A DNA stretch of 64,000 nt. Origin: a virus. The stretch is from IMG/VR virus record IMGVR_UViG_3300045971_000356, positions 32,001 through 96,000 of that record, one strand, 5' to 3'. Numbering within the stretch: the stretch's first letter is position 1; the number at the start of each line of letters is the position of its first letter. The notes under the pieces are model-generated. The model was not told where the DNA came from. It searched no databases and saw nothing but the letters and a program-made list of their open reading frames with translations. Positions 57,586 to 64,000 of the stretch are shown one piece after another. Made by a program: the position numbers and the translations under genes.

Positions 57586-58232
57586 CTTTTAAATTTGCAG
57601 TTGTCGCCATGATATCGATTTATCATATTATGCGACACTTCCTTTTTACAATGGATGCAACATACACGCATTTTAGGAACTCCTGAAAATACTGTCGTAT
57701 TTTTTGCAGATAATTTTTTGCTAACTTCAACGCTATGTTTTTTGTCGTAAAATGGATTATTGCTGCCAGCACACATTCCCTTTCTATTTGCAGATATTTT
57801 TTCTTTAGTCGCTGCTGAATGGCGTTTGCCAAACATGTTGTTTTTGCTGCCTTGTGCCCGGATACTCATATTTTGCTTCCATGTGTCAGTAAATGGATTT
57901 CTTTTGCGGCCAGTGTATGTTTTTGACAATTCTGCCCGCAAATAAGCGTATACTCTGCTAGTAACTTTGCCAGAAAATTTAAATGATCTCGACTGTTGCC
58001 ATGCCGCGTATACCATTTTATGTTTAACCGTAGCATCAACAAATCGGATTAGCAGTAAATGGCAAATAAAATGTTCGCGGAGAGTCAACGCAACCAGATT
58101 GCTGCTACTGTTTTTGCCGCCAAGGCTTTTAGGAATTATGTGGTGCCTATCGTATGGTTTTTCAAGGGTTCGCTCTTTGGCACGAGCAATAATATTTTCG
58201 TACCATTTTAGATATTTGTTTTGGGTAAACAT
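57582..58232 (-). CDS. HNH homing endonuclease (NUMOD3, Zn ribbon)
   Basis: RHHIIPKSLGG.N..NLVALTLREHFICH; GSKNNMFGKRHS; CIHCKK..RYHGDNCK. Confidence 0.85.
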   Translation of the reverse strand: MFTQNKYLKWYENIIARAKERTLEKPYDRHHIIPKSLGGKNSSSNLVALTLREHFICHLLLIRFVDATVKHKMVYAAWQQSRSFKFSGKVTSRVYAYLRAELSKTYTGRKRNPFTDTWKQNMSIRAQGSKNNMFGKRHSAATKEKISANRKGMCAGSNNPFYDKKHSVEVSKKLSAKNTTVFSGVPKMRVCCIHCKKEVSHNMINRYHGDNCKFKS

Positions 58233-58273
58233 TGTATTTTATTTGGAGGTTGGCTGGTACAGTATTTATCCGC

Positions 58274-58302
58274 TTGACTTCACAGTTAAAATATGTTATA
58301 AT
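58274..58302 (+). promoter_or_regulatory. Sigma70-type promoter
   Basis: TTGACT-17-TATAAT. Confidence 0.7.
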
Positions 58303-58601
58303 GATTCTATCAACGTAAAGGGGAAGCAACATGGGTGATCACGATAAACTACCGCCGCAATTTGCAATTGGTATTCCACTGGACTTGCTGCTTGAGCTCG
58401 TCATTAAAATGAACGAGGCATACCAAGACGACGAATACGCTGACGAACTTGCGGGACGGCTTGAAGAAATCATGCCCAAGTCACTGCATCCCGGCACTGA
58501 TGCGTTGATTGCAGATGCGAACGACGACGTTATTTGGGACGCTGATATGGATGTGTCCAAGGCAGCAGATTACATTAAAACAGTTATGGCAATGAAATAA
58601 A

Positions 58602-58925
58602 ATGGATACTGAATTCATTTTCATCGGCTGGTGTAACAAAGTTGATTCAGACGGTTCCAAACACGACAAGGTTTGGACTGCGTTTGTAGCAGGCAACACC
58701 TATTACGCAGGCTGGTGTGCCCGTGGTAAAAAAGTTTCATTTAAAAATCACGGCTCAGGCTGGAGTGGTCTTAGTTCGATTGATGATGTGAAACGCAAAA
58801 AAGCAAAACCAAAAGGCGAGTACGAAGAAGTTGATGCGTTCCGTCTCTTTGTACTATTCCCAACGTTCAAAGAAGACGTTGAAAAATGGCTAACCTTTGA
58901 TACACTTGCTAACAAAGTACGGTAG
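58602..58925 (+). CDS. WGR-like small protein
   Basis: HDKVW..YYAGWCARGK..KRKK..EY. Confidence 0.45.
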   Translation: MDTEFIFIGWCNKVDSDGSKHDKVWTAFVAGNTYYAGWCARGKKVSFKNHGSGWSGLSSIDDVKRKKAKPKGEYEEVDAFRLFVLFPTFKEDVEKWLTFDTLANKVR

Positions 58926-59188
58926 AATTGCTAAATACATTAAAGGATTTTATTTTGTCCCAAAACGGCATTTCTACTCTTCCAACCAAAGCAGCACGAG
59001 CCGCAGCTAAATTAGCGTTGGCTCAAGCAAAACGTGCGACACCAGCCACGCCTGGCTATCGTCCACTCCACACATTAGACACCACGCTGAAATCGCCTGT
59101 TCCAGGCCGTCCTTGGAAGTAGTCATTCTGCTTGATAGTAGGATAGTATTACTGTTACACTGGTGGGGAACAGGATAAATACTACACT

Positions 59189-60967
59189 ATGTTTCTAGGC
59201 TTAATCACACTACTCACCGCTCTTGCCATTTCTGGCATATCCGCGTATTACTCCATTATTGGTTTAACCGCCATTTTCTCCGCCGCTGGTATCCCCATCA
59301 TTATCATGGGCACAGTGTTAGAGGTTGGCAAAGTTGTCACCACACTGTGGCTACATTACAACTGGGACCAAGCAGCATGGAAAATCAAAAGCTATCTTGT
59401 AGCTGCCGTTGTTATTCTCATGCTCATTACCAGCATGGGAACGTTCGGATATCTGTCAAAAGCACACTTGGACCAAGCAGTGCCTTCTGGGGACATTCAA
59501 GCAAAAGTGTCACTATTTGACGAGAAAATTAAATCTCAACGTGATAACATTGACGCCGCACGTAAAGCACTTACACAAATGGATGGGTCAGTAGATCAAA
59601 CATTGTCCCGTTCCACAGATGAAAATGGCGCTACTAAGGCAGCAAACTTACGTAGGTCACAAGCAAAAGAACGAACACGATTACAAGAAGATATTGGCAA
59701 AGCGCAAACTGAAATAACAAAATTACAAGAAGCACGAGCGCCAGTGGCAGCGACATTTAGAAAAGTAGAAGCCGAAGTTGGTCCAATTCGGTATATCGCA
59801 GCATTGATTTACGGCGACAATCCAGCACAGAACTTACTTGAGTCAGCAGTGCGTTGGGTGATTATTGTCATTGTGTTTGTGTTTGACCCGTTGGCAATTG
59901 TGTTATTGTTAGCAGCAACGACGTCGATTGACTGGGCACGAGGCAAAAAGGAAAAAGCTAAAGTTGACGCAGTAGGCAATGACACAACTTTCCCGCCAAC
60001 TACTGCTATTGACATGGATGCGCAAATTCAAGCAGCAATGGATGAAGTGACACGCAGACTATCAAAAGAATACGAAGAAAAAGAAGAAAAGTATATAAGC
60101 AAATTTGAAGAACAATCATCTGAATATTCCTCACTGATTGATAAACTTGCTTTAGCACATGACGAGAAAATTCAAGAGCTACAGCAAAGCTTATCCACTG
60201 CATCAAATAAAGTTGAAGATTTGTCCGTAGAACTCGCACAGCTACATGCTAACACGCAAAATTTAACAAATAAATATGCAAAATTAGACAATATTCGCGA
60301 GACTCACATTACATTATTTGATAATGATGAAAACTTAGCCACACAACTATCGTCAGTGACTGACAGAATTAAAGACCTTGACAGTTTACAAAAGCAAGTC
60401 AATGACTTAACCGCTAATGTATATGCGTCAACATCAACATTGTCCTCGATGACAGAGGAAGTAGTTGAAGCAGTCACTGGGCCGGCACCATTTGATGAAC
60501 CTGCTGTTGAAGAGCCAATATTTGTTGATACGCTACCTCACGATTATCGTGAGGTCGACAGTGAAATAGAAGTTATAGTGGCACCTACACTGGTGCCAGA
60601 TATTGACTTTACTGCGCCTTACGCGCCACTACCTGTTGATCCAAATTTAGTAGCGTTACCAGTAAAACATCCAATTGAGCCACAGTTATTAAATGCTTCA
60701 TTACCAGCATCTAATTTTGGTATGTCATTCCCACCTAAACCAAACAAAGGTGATTTGTTTTTGCGGGTTGACATGATGCCATCTAAATTATACAAATGGG
60801 TTGAACCTAAATGGATCGAAGTAAGCAAAGACGCATATGATGTTTTCTCGTACGATCAAGAATATATCAAATTTTTAATCAGCCAAATTAGTGCTGGTGA
60901 ACTCGACATTGATGCTTGCTCAACTTCAGAGCAAGATAAAATTTCTGAATATTTAAGAAATCTATGA
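59189..60967 (+). CDS. Membrane-anchored coiled-coil protein
   Basis: N-terminal TMs; EVGPIRYIA; IVFVFDPLA; long coiled coils. Confidence 0.7.
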   Translation: MFLGLITLLTALAISGISAYYSIIGLTAIFSAAGIPIIIMGTVLEVGKVVTTLWLHYNWDQAAWKIKSYLVAAVVILMLITSMGTFGYLSKAHLDQAVPSGDIQAKVSLFDEKIKSQRDNIDAARKALTQMDGSVDQTLSRSTDENGATKAANLRRSQAKERTRLQEDIGKAQTEITKLQEARAPVAATFRKVEAEVGPIRYIAALIYGDNPAQNLLESAVRWVIIVIVFVFDPLAIVLLLAATTSIDWARGKKEKAKVDAVGNDTTFPPTTAIDMDAQIQAAMDEVTRRLSKEYEEKEEKYISKFEEQSSEYSSLIDKLALAHDEKIQELQQSLSTASNKVEDLSVELAQLHANTQNLTNKYAKLDNIRETHITLFDNDENLATQLSSVTDRIKDLDSLQKQVNDLTANVYASTSTLSSMTEEVVEAVTGPAPFDEPAVEEPIFVDTLPHDYREVDSEIEVIVAPTLVPDIDFTAPYAPLPVDPNLVALPVKHPIEPQLLNASLPASNFGMSFPPKPNKGDLFLRVDMMPSKLYKWVEPKWIEVSKDAYDVFSYDQEYIKFLISQISAGELDIDACSTSEQDKISEYLRNL

Positions 60968-61356
60968 CAACTGTAAATTCTGAAGCTGTGTGCAGCAATA
61001 TCGTAACCCCACCTGATTTTTTAGAGGACGCAGATCTAAACAAAACAGTGCTTATCATTGATCCGTTGTGGTCAGACATCGAGGATTTAGCACTGTATCT
61101 CAAATCTTCCACTCTTGCATACACCGTCTACATTTACCGCAGCGACATGAATAGTGATGAATGGTTAGCGCAAGCAGCACCACGATGCGGAATTATGATT
61201 GTAAATACAGAGCAAACACCACTAAGTCCACGCAAAGATAGAATGGTCCTTCAACCAAATGCCTTCCATTATGGTCCGAAAAACTTTCTCATGAGCTCGC
61301 TCAAAGTTGGCAAACCAATAGATTGGTTCATTCAGCACGAGCAACTCACTCAATAA
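60964..61356 (+). CDS. Hypothetical protein
   Basis: IVTPPD motif; ATGA coupling. Confidence 0.55.
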   Translation: MTTVNSEAVCSNIVTPPDFLEDADLNKTVLIIDPLWSDIEDLALYLKSSTLAYTVYIYRSDMNSDEWLAQAAPRCGIMIVNTEQTPLSPRKDRMVLQPNAFHYGPKNFLMSSLKVGKPIDWFIQHEQLTQ

Positions 61357-61394
61357 TATTTTATTATAATTCCAAGTCCTGTATAATAAATAAA

Positions 61395-61455
61395 GTACAA
61401 GGTGCCGATGGTCGGGCCTTGTATACGATTCAAACTTGCTTAAAAGGAGATTATT
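61395..61455 (+). promoter_or_regulatory. ROSE-like RNA thermometer in hsp20 leader
   Basis: 5' hairpin TACAAGG/CCTTGTA, then CTTGCT-TAAA-AGGAG (U(U/C)GCU opposite the SD). Confidence 0.65.
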
Positions 61456-61929
61456 ATGAATCAATCTACACGTCTTACGACTCTTGACTTGCCAGCTTTA
61501 ATGGCACAAATTAGCCGCGCATCTATCGGGTTCGATAGCATGTTTAACAGGCTAAACGACACAGTGTCTGGGTTACCAGCAGTAACTAATTATCCACCAC
61601 ACGATATCATCAAACTTAGCGATACTAAGTACTCAATTGAAGTTGCGGCTGCGGGCTTCAAAGAGAATGAACTATCTGTTGCGTTGGACAACAATGTGTT
61701 AACCATCGAAGGGCAAAAAGTGACGGAGTCTGAGCGTGATTACATCTATCATGGCATCAGCAACCGTTCGTTCAAGAAAGTGTTAACGTTGGCAGAGCAT
61801 GTCGTTGTCAATGATGCCAAATTTGAAAACGGCATGTTGACTGTCAACGTGGAAATTGTCATTCCTGAGGAATTGAAGCCCAGGAAGATTGCTATTAACA
61901 GTAGCAATACTGTACAATTAACACAGTAA
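61456..61929 (+). CDS. Small heat-shock protein Hsp20 (IbpA-like)
   Basis: NYPPHDI, IEVAAAGF, YHGISNRSF, FENGML, PEELKPRKI. Confidence 0.9.
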   Translation: MNQSTRLTTLDLPALMAQISRASIGFDSMFNRLNDTVSGLPAVTNYPPHDIIKLSDTKYSIEVAAAGFKENELSVALDNNVLTIEGQKVTESERDYIYHGISNRSFKKVLTLAEHVVVNDAKFENGMLTVNVEIVIPEELKPRKIAINSSNTVQLTQ

Positions 61930-61988
61930 TATAGGTTCACGTAACAGTGGCGGGGTAGGTAATACCCCGCCCATAACTAAGGTAGCAA

Positions 61989-62300
61989 ATGGCAAATACA
62001 TCCGTAGATATTAAAGAAAAAGTAGCAATTAATACAAAAATTTTGCCACCTCCGTTATTCAAAGTCATTTACATGAATGACAACGTAACTACGATGGAGT
62101 TTGTGATTGAAAGCTTAATGGCAATTTTTAACCACTCGCGCGAAGTGTCATTAGAATTAACAACAAAAATACACGAAGATGGTGGCGCCGTTGTGGCAGT
62201 ATTACCATCAGAGTTAGCAGAGCAAAAGGGCATCGAAGCCACAATGATGGCTCGCCAGCAAGGGTTCCCTCTTTTGGTGAGATTGGAACCTACGGAGTAA
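61989..62300 (+). CDS. clpS: ClpS N-end-rule adaptor
   Basis: PPLFKVIYMNDNVTTMEFV..IHEDG..AEQK..FPL. Confidence 0.9.
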   Translation: MANTSVDIKEKVAINTKILPPPLFKVIYMNDNVTTMEFVIESLMAIFNHSREVSLELTTKIHEDGGAVVAVLPSELAEQKGIEATMMARQQGFPLLVRLEPTE

Positions 62301-62301
62301 T

Positions 62302-62928
62302 TTATGGGGCAAAGGTGAAAACTGTGGGCCCTTTATTGTACATTTCAACTTCTATTTTAATAGATTGTTTAGCGTTGGCAATTTTATTGGCTATCATCTG
62401 GCATTCGTCGGCATTTCCGCCTATTTGAGATATAAAATTAAGACCTGACTCGAGTAGTCCCTCAAAACTTTTGTATTCAGCATTATCGCTATGTGATAAT
62501 AGCACACCGTCAATTTTCACTCTAACATATACAGATGGGAATGACCCAGCATAGTGACTGTCTGCTATACCAGGAAGTTGAAGTTTTATGCCAAATGTCC
62601 CGTTAGTCCGATCCATAAGATATAGTTTTGCTCCGTTCCCAGACAAACTTCTGTAAGTAAATGATGTATCATCCATTTCATTTCGCTGGGTATGAGATTC
62701 CCAGTTACTTTTTTTAACGGGTGGGGGTTTAATTGCCGGACTAGCTTGTGACAATTTTTGCGTCTGCGACTGGACTGTTTGGGCAGCAGGATCTGTATTA
62801 GGAAATAATGCTTTACCACCAAGAACACCACCTATTAGGGCTGATCCCGCTAAAAGCCCAGTCCCAATAGCCTTACCTATGCCTTCGTCTAAGTTATCGG
62901 TTGATATAATAAATTCTGATGATTTCAT
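62302..62928 (-). CDS. Protein with MKSSEF..LDEG N-terminus and TM helix
   Basis: N-terminal motif; hydrophobic segment; late promoter 5 nt upstream. Confidence 0.55.
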   Translation of the reverse strand: MKSSEFIISTDNLDEGIGKAIGTGLLAGSALIGGVLGGKALFPNTDPAAQTVQSQTQKLSQASPAIKPPPVKKSNWESHTQRNEMDDTSFTYRSLSGNGAKLYLMDRTNGTFGIKLQLPGIADSHYAGSFPSVYVRVKIDGVLLSHSDNAEYKSFEGLLESGLNFISQIGGNADECQMIANKIANAKQSIKIEVEMYNKGPTVFTFAP

Positions 62929-62994
62929 GTAATTATTTATGCCATACTTATTGCTTTTTCATTTTTCGTTGCGTTATCATTGATAAATAAAAAT

Positions 62995-63207
62995 ATGAAT
63001 ATTTCTGATTTAATAATAAAAGAAGGTACTCCCGAGCATACAGCATACTTGCTATCTAGAAATGCTGATGAAGAAGCTGCGGCTTGGGCAAAAATGGAAG
63101 GCGAGTCTTTTTGGAACCCAGCTCGAATCAAATTGGTTAGACAAATGCGAAAAGCCAACAATAAAATCAATAAAATTAAGAAAAGATTATTTAAAGGTAT
63201 ACTATAA
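62995..63207 (+). CDS. Small protein, MNISDLIIKE motif
   Basis: ATAAATA 5 nt upstream. Confidence 0.5.
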   Translation: MNISDLIIKEGTPEHTAYLLSRNADEEAAAWAKMEGESFWNPARIKLVRQMRKANNKINKIKKRLFKGIL

Positions 63208-63951
63208 TTATTTCATACCTCGCAACCAGCCCAATGAAATAAGTTGGTTAGCGTCTGCTTTTGGCAGTAGTTTGTTTTCTAAATGATTGTGAACCCATAA
63301 TTTCTCTTGCTTGGCAACAGTAGGGCCAGCCCCGAATTTCCAACCACCAGCCAAATATGGCGAACACTCAGTGAAATGAATATATTTTCTATCGCCAGTG
63401 GCAGGATTATGAACCCAACGTTTTGTAATATTCGCGAGACTGTGTTTTTTAGATTTTTCTGGGCTGCACGGTGAGCGAACATTGTATAAAGGATTGTTTT
63501 CAGATGCCCGCAATTTTCTAGTAGCGGACATTTTAGCTTTTTCAACAGCAGTTCGCGGGATTCCTTTATTCCAAACAATTTGATTTTTTCGTATTTCACG
63601 CATTGCGATATAGTCGCGCGACGATATTTTATACCGCTGTTGATTTTTGTTTACTATAGATAACGCAGTGAATGCTATTTTCATTTTTGCTTTCGCAGTT
63701 CCCTCGACCATTTTGGGTAATAATTTATGGCAAACATAATGCTCGTGGGCAGTCAACTTAACTATATTGTTTTTGTCATTTGCGTTTCCCTCGACCCATC
63801 CCGCTGGCCCTTTTCTTTTACGATGTTTGAAGAAAGATTCAGGAATAATATGATGCCTTTCGTAATACGTAGTCTTGTCAATTACCCTTGACTTTGCGGT
63901 AAGCATAATGTTATTATACCAGTTAGAATATTTGTTGTTATTGAAGATCAT
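63208..63951 (-). CDS. HNH homing endonuclease
   Basis: ERHHIIPE..NIVKLTAHEHYVCH; WVHN..GW repeats. Confidence 0.85.
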   Translation of the reverse strand: MIFNNNKYSNWYNNIMLTAKSRVIDKTTYYERHHIIPESFFKHRKRKGPAGWVEGNANDKNNIVKLTAHEHYVCHKLLPKMVEGTAKAKMKIAFTALSIVNKNQQRYKISSRDYIAMREIRKNQIVWNKGIPRTAVEKAKMSATRKLRASENNPLYNVRSPCSPEKSKKHSLANITKRWVHNPATGDRKYIHFTECSPYLAGGWKFGAGPTVAKQEKLWVHNHLENKLLPKADANQLISLGWLRGMK

Positions 63952-63976
63952 ATATTATATTTATAAAAGGAATAAA

Positions 63977-64000
63977 ATGGCTGTATGTTTAGATATCGAA
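63977..64000 (+). CDS. Start of possible DEDD 3'-5' exonuclease (truncated by window)
   Basis: AAGGA RBS; MAVCLDIE resembles Exo I motif; only 8 codons visible. Confidence 0.35.

Noticed and set aside
1014-63599. Numerous short opposite-strand or alternate-frame ORFs in the ORF track
   Set aside because: They are shadows of well-supported genes, with no RBS, promoter or motifs.

Overview
A 64-kb segment of a large T4-superfamily (jumbo-type) myophage genome, standard genetic code, mostly + strand. It carries replication genes (UvsW helicase C-half, primase, DnaB/gp41 helicase, a miniature DnaE-like protein, class II ribonucleotide reductase, glutaredoxin), virion and lysis genes (spanins, Mtd-type fibre, PAAR, SleB hydrolase), rIIA/rIIB, NAD salvage (PnuC, NadR), a DNA methyltransferase, Hsp20, ClpS and about nine free-standing homing endonucleases. 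Highlights: (1) a late-promoter envelope cassette next to the spanins encoding an OmcE-like tetraheme c-type cytochrome (nanowire family) and a PEP-CTERM protein, followed by a circularly permuted two-piece tmRNA (tag ANDSLYSLAA) and a candidate pseudoknot sRNA; (2) two 'fractured' genes (uvsW, nrdJ) with split inteins flanking free-standing endonucleases; (3) about 17 proteins sharing an N-terminal M-K/R-x-x-E-I motif resembling a capsid-targeting signal, including kinases, GNATs and a ligase-like enzyme; (4) a covarying hairpin leader repeated in front of homing-endonuclease genes, one copy on an internally deleted element; (5) two expanded families of small paralogues. All calls are by motif reading only; no database searches were run.
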